NCBI GenBank assembly: GCA_964658305.1
Contig: OZ210885.1
Span: forward strand, 16,430,001 to 16,494,000
DNA from: Leptogorgia sarmentosa
Lineage: Eukaryota
Reading direction: 5' to 3'
DNA length: 64,000 bases
Part shown: positions 50,724 to 64,000 of the stretch, piece after piece
Position numbering within the stretch: position 1 is the first letter of the stretch
Layout: each line of letters begins with the position of its first letter
Made by a program: the position numbers and the translations under genes
The notes under the pieces: model-generated
Told to the model about the DNA's origin: nothing
The model's input: only the letters and a program-made list of their open reading frames with translations
Database searches by the model: none

Positions 50724-53700
50724 GCTTCATTTTATTGTATGTGTGTTTGTAAATAGGTTTGCTTTCAATATAAACTTCAGGGATTTTGTTATTGCTACAT
50801 CTGGAAATACTTTGTATTGTTGTTTTGCTAAATTTTATTTAATGCCTATTTGTAAATATAATTCCTTTCAATTTCAACTTCAGGGTTTTGTTATTAATAC
50901 ACACGTTTAAAAAGTGTAACTTCCATCAACAAATGTCTACAACCATACCAGTAGGAAAATACCGGTTCTCGTCTGATCACCGAAGTTAGGCCTAGGTGGG
51001 AAAAGTTAGTACTTGGATGGGTGACCACCTGGGAATACTTTGTGTTGTAGACTTGCTTCATTTTATTGTATGTGTGTTTGTAAATAGGTTTGCTTTCAAT
51101 TTCAACTTCAGGGTTTTGTTATTGTTACACGTTTAAAAAGTGTAACTTCCATCAACAAATGTCTACCACCATACCAGTAGGAAAATACCGGTTCTCGTCT
51201 GATCACCGAAGTAAAGCCTAGGTGGGCAAAGTTAGTACTTGGATGGGTGACCACCTGGGAATACTTTGTGTTGTAGACTTGCTTCATTTTATTGTATGTG
51301 TGTTTGTAAGTAGGTTTGCTTTCAATTTCAACTTCAGGGTTTTGTTATTGTCACACGTTTAAAAAGTGTAAGTTCCATCAACAAATGTCTACGACCATAC
51401 CAGTAGGAAAATACCGGTTCTCGTCTGATCACCGAAGTTAAGCCTAGGTGGGCAAAGTTAGTACTTGGATGGGTGACTACCTGGGAATACTTTGTGTTGT
51501 AGACTTGCTTCATTTTATTGTATGTGTGTTTGTAAATAGGTTTGCTTTCAATTTCAACTTCAGGGTTTTGTTATTGTTACACGTTTAAAAAGTGTAACTT
51601 CCATCAACAAATGTCTACGACCATACCAGTAGGAAAATACCGGTTCTCGTCTGATCACCGAAGTTAAGCCTAGGTGGGCAAAGTTAGTACTTGGATGGGT
51701 GACCACCTGGGAATACTTTGTGTTGTAGACTTGCTTCATTTTATTGTATGTGTGTTTGTAAATAGGTTTGCTTTCAATATAAACTTCAGGGATTTTGTTA
51801 TTGCTACATCTGGAAATACTTTGTATTGTTGTTTTGCTAAATTTTATTTAATGCCTATTTGTAAATATAATTCCTTTCAATTTCAACTTCAGGGTTTTGT
51901 TATTGTTACACGTTTAAAAAGTGTAACTTCCATCAACAAATGTCTACGACCATACCAGTAGGAAAATACCGGTTCTCGTCTGATCACCGAAGTTAAGCCT
52001 AGGTGGGCAAAGTTAGTACTTGGATGGGTGACTATCTGGGAATACTTTGTGTTGTAGACTTGCTTCATTTTATTGTATGTGTGTTTGTAAATAGGTTTGC
52101 TTTCAATTTCAACTTCAGGGTTTTGTTATTGTTACACGTTTAAAAAGTGTAACTTCCATCAACAAATGTCTACAACCATACCAGTAGGAAAATACCGGTT
52201 CTCGTCTGATCACCAAAGTTAGGCCTAGGTGGGAAAAGTTAGTACTTGGATGGGTGACCACCTGGGAATACTTTGTGTTGTAGACTTGCTTCATTTTATT
52301 GTATGTGTGTTTGTAAATAGGTTTGCTTTCAATTTCAACTTCAGGGTTTTGTTATTGTTACACGTTTAAAAAGTGTAACTTCCATCAACAAATGTCTACC
52401 ACCATACCAGTAGGAAAATACCGGTTCTCGTCTGATCACCAAAGTTAAGCCTAGGTGGGCAAAGTTAGTACTTGGATGGGTGACTACCTGGGAATACTTT
52501 GTGTTGTAGACTTGCTTCATTTTATTGTATGTGTGTTTGTAAATAGGTTTGCTTTCAATTTCAACTTCAGGGTTTTGTTATTGTTACACGTTTAAAAAGT
52601 GTAACTTCCATCAACAAATGTCTACAACCATACCAGTAGGAAAATACCGGTTCTCGTCTGATCACCGAAGTTAGGCCTAGGTGGGAAAAGTTAGTACTTG
52701 GATGGGTGACCACCTGGGAATACTTTGTGTTGTAGACTTGCTTCATTTTATTGTATGTGTGTTTGTAAATAGGTTTGCTTTCAATTTCAACTTCAGGGTT
52801 TTGTTATTGTTACACGTTTAAAAAGTGTAACTTCCATCAACAAATGTCTACGACCATACCAGTAGGAAAATACCGGTTCTCGTCTGATCACCGAAGTTAG
52901 GCCTAGGTGGGAAAAGTTTGTACTTGGATGGGTGACCACCTGGGAATACTTTGTGTTGTAGACTTGCTTCATTTTATTGTATGTGTGTTTGTAAATAGGT
53001 TTGCTTTGAATTTCAACTTCAGGGTTTTGTTATTGTTACACGTTTAAAAAGTGTAACTTCCATCAACAAATGTCTACGACCATACCAGTAGGAAAATACC
53101 GGTTCTCGTCTGATCACCGAAGTTAAGCCTAGGTGGGCAAAGTTAGTACTTGGATGGGTGACCACCTGGGAATACTTTGTGTTGTAGACTTGCTTCATTT
53201 TATTGTATGTGTGTTTGTAAATAGGTTTGCTTTCAATTTCACCTTCAGGGTTTTGTTATTGTTACACGTTTAAAAAGTGTAACTTCCATCAACAAATGTC
53301 TACGACCATACCAGTAGGAAAATACCGGTTCTCGTCTGATCACCGAACTTAAGCCTAGGTGGGAACAGTTAGTACTTGGATGGGTGACCACCTGGGAATA
53401 CTTTGTGTTGTAGACTTGCTTCATTTTATTGTATGTGTGTTTGTAAATAGGTTTGCTTTCAATTTCAACTTCAGGGTTTTGTTATTGTTACACATTTAAA
53501 AAGTGTAACTTCCATCAACAAATGTCTACGACCATACCAGTAGGAAAATACCGGTTCTCGTCTGATCACCGAAGTTAAGCCTAGGTGGGCAAAGTTAGTA
53601 CTTGGATGGGTGACCACCTGGGAATACTTTGTGTTGTAGACTTGCTTCGTTTTATTGTATGTGTGTTCGTAAATAGGTTTGCTTTCAATGTAAACTTCAG

Positions 53701-56700
53701 GGATTTTGTTATTGCTACATCTGGAAATACTTTGTATTGTTGTTTTCCTAAATGTTATTTAATCCCTATTTGTAAATATAATTCCTTTCAATTTCAACTT
53801 CAGGGTTTTGTTATTGTTACACATTTAAAAAGTGTAACTTGCATCAACAAATGTCTACGACCGTACGAGTAGGAAAATACCGGTTCTCGTCTGATCACCG
53901 AAGTTAAGCCTAGGTGGGCAAAGTTAGTAGTTGGATGGGTGACCACCTGGGAATACTTTGTGTTGTAGACTTGCTTCATTTTGTTGTATGTGTGTTTGTA
54001 AGTAGGTTTGCTTTCAATTTCAACTTCAGGGTTTTGTTATTGTTACACGTTTAAAAAGTGTAACTTCCATCAATAAATGTCTACGACCATACCAGTAGGA
54101 AAATACCGGTTCTCGTCTGATCACCGAAGTAAAGCCTAGGTGGGCAAAGTTAGTACTTGGATGGGTGACCACCTGGGAATACTTTGTGTTGTAGACTTGC
54201 TTCATTTTATTGTATGTGTGTTTGTAAGTAGGTTTGCTTTCAATTTCAACTTCAGGGTTTTGTTATTGTTACACGTTTAAAAAGTGTGAGTTCCATCAAC
54301 AAATGTCTACGACCATACCAGTAGGAAAATACCGGTTCTCGTCTGATCACCGAAGTTAAGCCTAGGTGGGCAAAGTTAGTACTTGGATGGGTGACTACCT
54401 GGGAATACTTTGTGTTGTAGACTTGCTTCATTTTATTGTATGTGTGTTTGTAAATAGGTTTGCTTTCAATTTCAACTTCAGGGTTTTGTTATTGTTACAC
54501 GTTTAAAAAGTGTAACTTCCATCAACAAATGTCTACGACCATACCAGTAGGAAAATACCGGTTCTCGTCTGATCACCGAAGTTAGGCCTAGGTGGGAAAA
54601 GTTAGTACTTGGATGGGTGACCACCTGGGAATAGTTTGTGTTGTAGACTTGCTTCATTTTATTGTATGTGTGTTTGTAAATAGGTTTGCTTTCAATTTCA
54701 ACTTCAGGGATTTTGTTATTGCTACATCTGGAAATATTTTGTATTGTTGTTTTGCTAAATGTTATTTAATGCCTATTTGTAAATATAATTCCTTTCAACT
54801 TCAACTTCAGGGTTTTATTATTGTTACACGTTTAAAAAGTGTAACTTCCATCAACAAGTGTCTACGACCATACCAGTAGGAAAATACCGGTTCTCGTCTG
54901 ATCACCGAAGTTAAGCCTAGGTGGGAAAAGTTAGTACTTGGATGGGTGACCACCTGGAAATACTTTGTGTTGTAGACTTGCTTCATTTTATTGTATGTGT
55001 GTTTGTAAATAGGTTTGCTTTCAATTTCAACTTCAGGGTTTTGTTATTGTTACACGTTTAAAAAGTGTAACTTCCATCAACAAATGTCTACGACCATACC
55101 AGTAGGAAAATACCGGTTCTCGTCTGATCACCGAAGTTAAGCCTAGGTGGGCAAAGTTAGTACTTGGATGGGTGACCACCTGGGAATACTTTGTGTTGTA
55201 GACTTGCTTCATTTTATTGTATGTGTGTTTGTAAATAGGTTTGCTTTCAATATAAACTTCAGGGATTTTGTTATTGCTACATCTGGAAATACTTTGTATT
55301 GTTGTTTTGCTAAATTTTATTTAATGCCTATTTGTAAATATAATTCCTTTCAATTTCAACTTCAGGGTTTTGTTATTAATACACACGTTTAAAAAGTGTA
55401 ACTTCCATCAACAAATGTCTACAACCATACCAGTAGGAAAATACCGGTTCTCGTCTGATCACCGAAGTTAGGCCTAGGTGGGAAAAGTTAGTACTTGGAT
55501 GGGTGACCACCTGGGAATACTTTGTGTTGTAGACTTGCTTCATTTTATTGTATGTGTGTTTGTAAATAGGTTTGCTTTCAATTTCAACTTCAGGGTTTTG
55601 TTATTGTTACACGTTTAAAAAGTGTAACTTCCATCAACAAATGTCTACCACCATACCAGTAGGAAAATACCGGTTCTCGTCTGATCACCGAAGTAAAGCC
55701 TAGGTGGGCAAAGTTAGTACTTGGATGGGTGACCACCTGGGAATACTTTGTGTTGTAGACTTGCTTCATTTTATTGTATGTGTGTTTGTAAGTAGGTTTG
55801 CTTTCAATTTCAACTTCAGGGTTTTGTTATTGTCACACGTTTAAAAAGTGTAAGTTCCATCAACAAATGTCTACGACCATACCAGTAGGAAAATACCGGT
55901 TCTCGTCTGATCACCGAAGTTAAGCCTAGGTGGGCAAAGTTAGTACTTGGATGGGTGACTACCTGGGAATACTTTGTGTTGTAGACTTGCTTCATTTTAT
56001 TGTATGTGTGTTTGTAAATAGGTTTGCTTTCAATTTCAACTTCAGGGTTTTGTTATTGTTACACGTTTAAAAAGTGTAACTTCCATCAACAAATGTCTAC
56101 GACCATACCAGTAGGAAAATACCGGTTCTCGTCTGATCACCGAAGTTAAGCCTAGGTGGGCAAAGTTAGTACTTGGATGGGTGACCACCTGGGAATACTT
56201 TGTGTTGTAGACTTGCTTCATTTTATTGTATGTGTGTTTGTAAATAGGTTTGCTTTCAATATAAACTTCAGGGATTTTGTTATTGCTACATCTGGAAATA
56301 CTTTGTATTGTTGTTTTGCTAAATTTTATTTAATGCCTATTTGTAAATATAATTCCTTTCAATTTCAACTTCAGGGTTTTGTTATTGTTACACGTTTAAA
56401 AAGTGTAACTTCCATCAACAAATGTCTACGACCATACCAGTAGGAAAATACCGGTTCTCGTCTGATCACCGAAGTTAAGCCTAGGTGGGCAAAGTTAGTA
56501 CTTGGATGGGTGACTACCTGGGAATACTTTGTGTTGTAGACTTGCTTCATTTTATTGTATGTGTGTTTGTAAATAGGTTTGCTTTCAATTTCAACTTCAG
56601 GGTTTTGTTATTGTTACACGTTTAAAAAGTGTAACTTCCATCAACAAATGTCTACAACCATACCAGTAGGAAAATACCGGTTCTCGTCTGATCACCGAAG

Positions 56701-59700
56701 TTAGGCCTAGGTGGGAAAAGTTAGTACTTGGATGGGTGACCACCTGGGAATACTTTGTGTTGTAGACTTGCTTCATTTTATTGTATGTGTGTTTGTAAAT
56801 AGGTTTGCTTTCAATTTCAACTTCAGGGTTTTGTTATTGTTACACGTTTAAAAAGTGTAACTTCCATCAACAAATGTCTACCACCATACCAGTAGGAAAA
56901 TACCGGTTCTCGTCTGATCACCAAAGTTAAGCCTAGGTGGGCAAAGTTAGTACTTGGATGGGTGACTACCTGGGAATACTTTGTGTTGTAGACTTGCTTC
57001 ATTTTATTGTATGTGTGTTTGTAAATAGGTTTGCTTTCAATTTCAACTTCAGGGTTTTGTTATTGTTACACGTTTAAAAAGTGTAACTTCCATCAACAAA
57101 TGTCTACAACCATACCAGTAGAAAAATACCGGTTCTCGTCTGATCACCGAAGTTAGGCCTAGGTGGGAAAAGTTAGTACTTGGATGGGTGACCACCTGGG
57201 AATACTTTGTGTTGTAGACTTGCTTCATTTTATTATATGTGTGTTTGTAAATAGGTTTGCTTTCAATTTCAACTTCAGGGTTTTGTTATTGTTACACGTT
57301 TAAAAAGTGTAACTTCCATCAACAAATGTCTACGACCATACCGGTAGGAAAATACCGGTTCTCGTCTGATCACCGAAGTTAGGCCTAGGTGGGAAAAGTT
57401 TGTACTTGGATGGGTGACCACCTGGGAATACTTTGTGTTGTAGACTTGCTTCATTTTATTGTATGTGTGTTTGTAAATAGGTTTGCTTTCAATTTCAACT
57501 TCAGGGTTTTGTTATTGTTACACGTTTAAAAAGTGTAACTTCCATCAACAAATGTCTACGACCATACCAGTAGGAAAATACCGGTTCTCGTCTGATCACC
57601 GAAGTTAAGCCTAGGTTGGCAAAGTTAGTACTTGGATGGGTGACCACCTGGGAATACTTTGTGTTGTAGACTTGCTTCATTTTATTGTATGTGTGTTTGT
57701 AAATAGGTTTGCTTTCAATTTCACCTTCAGGGTTTTGTTATTGTTACACGTTTAAAAAGTGTAACTTCCATCAACAAATGTCTACGACCATACCAGTAGG
57801 AAAATACCGGTTCTCGTCTGATCACCGAACTTAAGCCTAGGTGGGAACAGTTAGTACTTGGATGGGTGACCACCTGGGAATACTTTGTGTTGTAGACTTG
57901 CTTCATTTTATTGTATGTGTGTTTGTAAATAGGTTTGCTTTCAATTTCAACTTCAGGGTTTTGTTATTGTTACACATTTAAAAAGTGTAACTTCCATCAA
58001 CAAATGTCTACGACCATACCAGTAGGAAAATACCGGTTCTCGTCTGATCACCGAAGTTAAGCCTAGGTGGGCAAAGTTAGTACTTGGATGGGTGACCACC
58101 TGGGAATACTTTGTGTTGTAGACTTGCTTCGTTTTATTGTATGTGTGTTCGTAAATAGGTTTGCTTTCAATGTAAACTTCAGGGATTTTGTTATTGCTAC
58201 ATCTGGAAATACTTTGTATTGTTGTTTTCCTAAATGTTATTTAATCCCTATTTGTAAATATAATTCCTTTCAATTTCAACTTCAGGGTTTTGTTATTGTT
58301 ACACATTTAAAAAGTGTAACTTGCATCAACAAATGTCTACGACCGTACGAGTAGGAAAATACCGGTTCTCGTCTGATCACCGAAGTTAAGCCTAGGTGGG
58401 CAAAGTTAGTATTTGCATGGGTGACCACCTGGGAATACTTTGTGTTGTAGACTTACTTCATTTTATTGCATGTGTGTTTGTAAATAGGTTTGCTTTCAAT
58501 GTAAACTTCAGGGATTTTGTTATTGCTACATCTGGAAATACTTTGTATTGTTGTTTTGCTAAATGTTATTTAATGCCTATTTGTAAATATAATTCCTTTC
58601 AACTTCAACTTCAGGGTTTTGTTATTGTTACACGTTTAAAATGTGTAACTTCCATCAACAAGTGTCTACAACCATACCAGTAGGAAAATACCGATTCTCG
58701 TCTGATCACCGAAGTTAAGCCTAGGTGGGCAAAGTTAGTAGTTGGATGGGTGACCACCTGGGAATACTTTGTGTTGTAGACTTGCTTCATTTTGTTGTAT
58801 GTGTGTTTGTAAGTAGGTTTGCTTTCAATTTCAACTTCAGGGTTTTGTTATTGTTACACGTTTAAAAAGTGTAACTTCCATCAATAAATGTCTACGACCA
58901 TACCAGTAGGAAAATACCGGTTCTCGTCTGATCACCGAAGTTAGGCCTAGGTGGGAAAAGTTAGTACTTGGATGGGTGACCACCTGGGAATACTTTGTGT
59001 TGTAGACTTGCTTCATTTTATTGTATGTGTGTTTGTAAATAGGTTTGCTTTCAATTTCAACTTCAGGGATTTTGTTATTGCTACATCTGGAAATATTTTG
59101 TATTGTTGTTTTGCTAAATGTTATTTAATGCCTATTTGTAAATATAATTCCTTTCAACTTCAACTTCAGGGTTTTATTATTGTTACACGTTTAAAAAGTG
59201 TAACTTCCATCAACAAGTGTCTACGACCATACCAGTAGGAAAATACCGGTTCTCGTCTGATCACCGAAGTTAAGCCTAGGTGGGAAAAGTTAGTACTTGG
59301 ATGGGTGACCACCTGGGAATACTTTGTGTTGTAGACTTGCTTCATTTTATTGTATGTGTGTTTGTAAATAGGTTTGCTTTCAATTTCAACTTCAGGGTTT
59401 TGTTATTGTTACATCTGGAAATACTTTGTATTGTTGTTTTGCTAAATGTTATTTAATCCCTATTTGTAAATATAATTCCTTTCAATTTCAACTTCAGGGT
59501 TTTGTTATTGTTACACGTTTAAAAAGTGTAACTTCCATCAACAAGTGTCTACGACCATACCAGTAGGAAAATACCGGTTCTCGTCTGATCACCGAAGTTA
59601 AGCCTAGGTGGGTAAAGTTAGTAGTTGGATGGGTGACCACCTGGGAATACTTTGCGTTGTAGACTTGCTTCATTTTGTTGTATGTGTGTTTGTAAGTAGG

Positions 59701-62700
59701 TTTGCTTTCAATTTCAACTTCAGGGTTTTGTTATTGTTACATGTTTAAAAAGTGTAACTTCCATCAACAAATGTCTACGACCATACCAGTAGGAAAATAC
59801 CGGTTCTCGTCTGATCACCGAAGTTAAGCCTAGGTGGGCAAAGTTAGTACTTGGATGGGTGACTACCTGGGAATACTTTGTGTTGTAGACTTGCTTCATT
59901 TTATTGTTTGTGTGTTTGTAAATAGGTTTGCTTTCAATTTCAACTTCAGGGTTTTGTTATTGTTACACGTTTAAAAATTGTAACTTCCATCAACAAATGT
60001 CTACGACCATACCAGTAGGAAAATACCGGTTCTCGTCTGATCACCGAAGTTAAGCCTAGGTGGGAAAAGTTAGTACTTGGATGGGTGACCACCTGGGAAT
60101 ACTTTGTGTTGTAGACTTGATTGATTTTATTGTATGTGTGTTTGTAAATAGGTTTGCTTTCAATTTCAACTTCAGGGTTTTGTTATTGTTACACGTTTAA
60201 AAAGTGTAACTTCCATCAACAAATGTCTACGACCATACCAGTAGGAAAATACCGGTTATCGTCTGATCACCGAAGTTAAGCCTAGGTGGGCAAAGTTAGT
60301 ACTTGGATGGGTGACCACCTGGGAATACTTTGTGTTGTAGACTTGCTTCATTTTGTTGTATGTGTGTTTGTAAGTAGGTTTGCTTTCAATTTCATCTTCA
60401 GGGTTTTGTTATTGTTACACGTTTAAAAAGTGTAACTTCCATCAACAAATGTCTACGACCATACCAGTAGGAAAATACCGGTTCTCGTCTGATCACCGAA
60501 GTTAAGCCTAGGTGGGCAAAGTTAGTACTTGGATGGGTGACTACCTGGGAATACTTTGTGTTGTAGACTTGCTTCATTTTATTGTATGTGTGTTTGTAAA
60601 TAGGTTTGCTTTCAATTTCAACTTCAGGGTTTTGTTATTAATACACACGTTTAAAAAGTGTAACTTCCATCAACAAATGTCTACAACCATACCAGTAGGA
60701 AAATACCGGTTCTCGTCTGATCACCGAAGTTAGGCCTAGGTGGGAAAAGTTAGTACTTGGATGGGTGACCACCTGGGAATACTTTGTGTTGTAGACTTGC
60801 TTCATTTTATTGTATGTGTGTTTGTAAATAGGTTTGCTTTCAATTTCAACTTCAGGGTTTTGTTATTGTTACACGTTTAAAAAGTGTAACTTCCATCAAC
60901 AAATGTCTACCACCATACCAGTAGGAAAATAACGGTTCTCGTCTGATCACCGAAGTAAAGCCTAGGTGGGCAAAGTTAGTACTTGGATGGGTGACCACCT
61001 GGGAATACTTTGTGTTGTAGACTTGCTTCATTTTATTGTATGTGTGTTTGTAAGTAGGTTTGCTTTCAATTTCAACTTCAGGGTTTTGTTATTGTTACAC
61101 GTTTAAAAAGTGTAAGTTCCATCAACAAATGTCTACGACCATACCAGTAGGAAAATACCGGTTCTCGTCTGATCACCGAAGTTAAGCCTAGGTGGGCAAA
61201 GTTAGTACTTGGATGGGTGACTACCTGGGAATACTTTGTGTTGTAGACTTGCTTCATTTTATTGTATGTGTGTTTGTAAATAGGTTTGCTTTCAATTTCA
61301 ACTTCAGGGTTTTGTTATTGTTACACGTTTAAAAAGTGTAACTTCCATCAACAAATGTCTACGACCATACCAGTAGGAAAATACCGGTTTTCGTCTGATC
61401 ACCGAAGTTAGGCCTAGGTGGGAAAAGTTAGTACTTGGATGGGTGACCACCTGGGAATACTTTGTGTTGTAGACTTGCTTCATTTTATTGTATGTGTGTT
61501 TGTAAATAGGTTTGCTTTCAATTTCAACTTCAGGGATTTTGTTATTGCTACATCTGGAAATATTTTGTATTGTTGTTTTGCTAAATGTTATTTAATGCCT
61601 ATTTGTAAATATAATTCCTTTCAACTTCAACTTCAGGGTTTTATTATTGTTACACGTTTAAAAAGTGTAACTTCCATCAACAAGTGTCTACGACCATACC
61701 AGTAGGAAAATACCGGTTCTCGTCTGATCACCGAAGTTAAGCCTAGGTGGGAAAAGTTAGTACTTGGATGGGTGACCACCTGGGAATACTTTGTGTTGTA
61801 GACTTGCTTCATTTTATTGTATGTGTGTTTGTAAATAGGTTTGCTTTCAATTTCAACTTCAGGGTTTTGTTATTGTTACATGTTTAAAAAGTGTAACTTC
61901 CATCAACAAATGTCTACGACCATACCAGTAGGAAAATACCGGTTCTCGTCTGATCACCAAAGTTAAGCCTAGGTGGGCAAAGTTAGTACTTGGATGGGTG
62001 ACTACCTGGGAATACTTTGTGTTGTAGACTTGCTTCATTTTATTGTATGTGTGTTTGTAAATAGGTTTGCTTTCAATTTCAACTTCAGGGTTTTGTTATT
62101 GTTACACGTTTAAAAAGTGTAACTTCCATCAACAAATGTCTACAACCATACCAGTAGGAAAATACCGGTTCTCGTCTGATCACCGAAGTTAGGCCTAGGT
62201 GGGAAAAGTTAGTACTTGGATGGGTGACCACCTGGGAATACTTTGTGTTGTAGACTTGCTTCATTTTATTGTATGTGTGTTTGTAAATAGGTTTGCTTTC
62301 AATTTCAACTTCAGGGTTTTGTTATTGTTACACGTTTAAAAAGTGTAACTTCCATCAACAAATGTCTACGACCATACCAGTAGGAAAATACCGGTTCTCG
62401 TCTGATCACCGAAGTTAGGCCTAGGTGGGAAAAGTTTGTACTTGGATGGGTGACCACCTGGGAATACTTTGTGTTGTAGACTTGCTTCATTTTATTGTAT
62501 GTGTGTTTGTAAATAGGTTTGCTTTCAATTTCAACTTCAGGGTTTTGTTATTGTTACACGTTTAAAAAGTGTAACTTCCATCAACAAATGTCTACGACCA
62601 TACCAGTAGGAAAATACCGGTTCTCGTCTGATCATCGAAGTTAAGCCTAGGTGGGCAAAGTTAGTACTTGGATGGGTGACCACCTGGGAATACTTTGTGT

Positions 62701-63041
62701 TGTAGACTTGCTTCATTTTATTGTATGTGTGTTTGTAAATAGGTTTGCTTTCAATTTCACCTTCAGGGTTTTGTTATTGTTACACGTTTAAAAAGTGTAA
62801 CTTCCATCAACAAATGTCTACGACCATACCAGTAGGAAAATACCGGTTCTCGTCTGATCACCGAACTTAAGCCTAGGTGGGAACAGTTACTACTTGGATG
62901 GGTGACCACCTGGGAATACTTTGTGTTGTAGACTTGCTTCATTTTATTGTATGTGTGTTTGTAAATAGGTTTGCTTTCAATTTCAACTTCAGGGTTTTGT
63001 TATTGTTACACATTTAAAAAGTGTAACTTCCATCAACAAAT

Positions 63042-63161
63042 GTCTACGACCATACCAGTAGGAAAATACCGGTTCTCGTCTGATCACCGAAGTTAAGCCT
63101 AGGTGGGCAAAGTTAGTACTTGGATGGGTGACCACCTGGGAATACTTTGTGTTGTAGACTT
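63042..63161 (+). rRNA. 5S rRNA gene, consensus copy
   Basis: Same sequence as 1799-1918 by eye. Confidence 0.94.
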
Positions 63162-63925
63162 GCTTCGTTTTATTGTATGTGTGTTCGTAAATAGGTTTGC
63201 TTTCAATGTAAACTTCAGGGATTTTGTTATTGCTACATCTGGAAATACTTTGTATTGTTGTTTTCCTAAATGTTATTTAATCCCTATTTGTAAATATAAT
63301 TCCTTTCAATTTCAACTTCAGGGTTTTGTTATTGTTACACATTTAAAAAGTGTAACTTGCATCAACAAATGTCTACGACCGTACGAGTAGGAAAATACCG
63401 GTTCTCGTCTGATCACCGAAGTTAAGCCTAGGTGGGCAAAGTTAGTATTTGCATGGGTGACCACCTGGGAATACTTTGTGTTGTAGACTTACTTCATTTT
63501 ATTGCATGTGTGTTTGTAAATAGGTTTGCTTTCAATGTAAACTTCAGGGATTTTGTTATTGCTACATCTGGAAATACTTTGTATTGTTGTTTTGCTAAAT
63601 GTTATTTAATGCCTATTTGTAAATATAATTCCTTTCAACTTCAACTTCAGGGTTTTGTTATTGTTACACGTTTAAAAAGTGTAACTTCCATCAACAAGTG
63701 TCTACAACCATACCAGTAGGAAAATACCGATTCTCGTCTGATCACCGAAGTTAAGCCTAGGTGGGCAAAGTTAGTAGTTGGATGGGTGACCACCTGGGAA
63801 TACTTTGTGTTGTAGACTTGCTTCATTTTGTTGTATGTGTGTTTGTAAGTAGGTTTGCTTTCAATTTCAACTTCAGGGTTTTGTTATTGTTACACGTTTA
63901 AAAAGTGTAACTTCCATCAATAAAT

Positions 63926-64000
63926 GTCTACGACCATACCAGTAGGAAAATACCGGTTCTCGTCTGATCACCGAAGTTAGGCCTAGGTGGGAAAAGTTAG
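63926..64000 (+). rRNA. 5S rRNA gene truncated by the window edge (nt 1-75)
   Basis: Begins GTCTACGACC at 63926 and runs to the end of the window. Confidence 0.9.

Larger units (their letters stand above)
1..64000 (+). repeat. Tandem 5S rDNA array, ~254 units (226-bp short units, 328/329-bp long units), running off both window edges
   Basis: GTCTACGACCATACC...GTTGTAGACTT recurs at 114, 340, 566, 792, 1018 (226-bp period), 1347 (329) and on to 63926. All copies are in the same orientation and I saw no unique sequence. Confidence 0.98.
23440..64000 (+). repeat. Large duplication: ~23440-41180 repeated at ~46035-64000 (offset 22594, later 22818)
   Basis: Matching marked units run from 24289/46883 to 28071/50665 (22594) and from 31774/54592 to 40614/63432 (22818). 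Confidence 0.85.

Noticed and set aside
1100..63719. About 70 repeated + strand ORFs of 73-95 aa (MGKVSTWMGDHLGILC...)
   Set aside because: They start inside the 5S gene (GTG at +62 or ATG at +83) and run through the spacer. Their length depends only on spacer indels, and the Cys/Phe/Val richness reflects TG-rich DNA. I recognise no domain.
1..64000. CRISPR array
   Set aside because: The constant part is a 120-nt 5S gene, the spacers are near-identical rather than unique, and there are no cas genes.
1..64000. 5S-derived SINE3, Cassandra TRIM or 5S-targeting retroelement insertion
   Set aside because: There are no LTR termini, PBS/PPT, target-site duplications, poly-A tails or RT/transposase ORF, and the genes are full length and tandem.

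Overview
The whole 64 kb window is one uninterrupted head-to-tail array of eukaryotic (invertebrate-metazoan-like) 5S rRNA genes on the + strand, about 254 copies by arithmetic from unit lengths. Each unit has a 120-nt 5S gene with an internal Pol III type-1 promoter, a T4 terminator at +127 and an AT-rich spacer. About 75% of units are 226 bp and about 64 are 328-329 bp. The long spacer holds a diverged duplicate of the 5S 3' end plus spacer, so the long unit looks like a dimer with a 124-bp deletion. Single-base variants reveal nested higher-order repeats of 1.3-6.7 kb and a ~22.6-22.8 kb duplication. The consensus gene keeps compensatory changes in helix V but has a G17.G61 mismatch in helix II, and many copies carry disabling lesions. 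It may therefore be a variant 5S class or a 5S array drifting toward satellite behaviour. I found no credible protein-coding gene, mobile element or CRISPR array; the ORF track is a by-product of the repeat.
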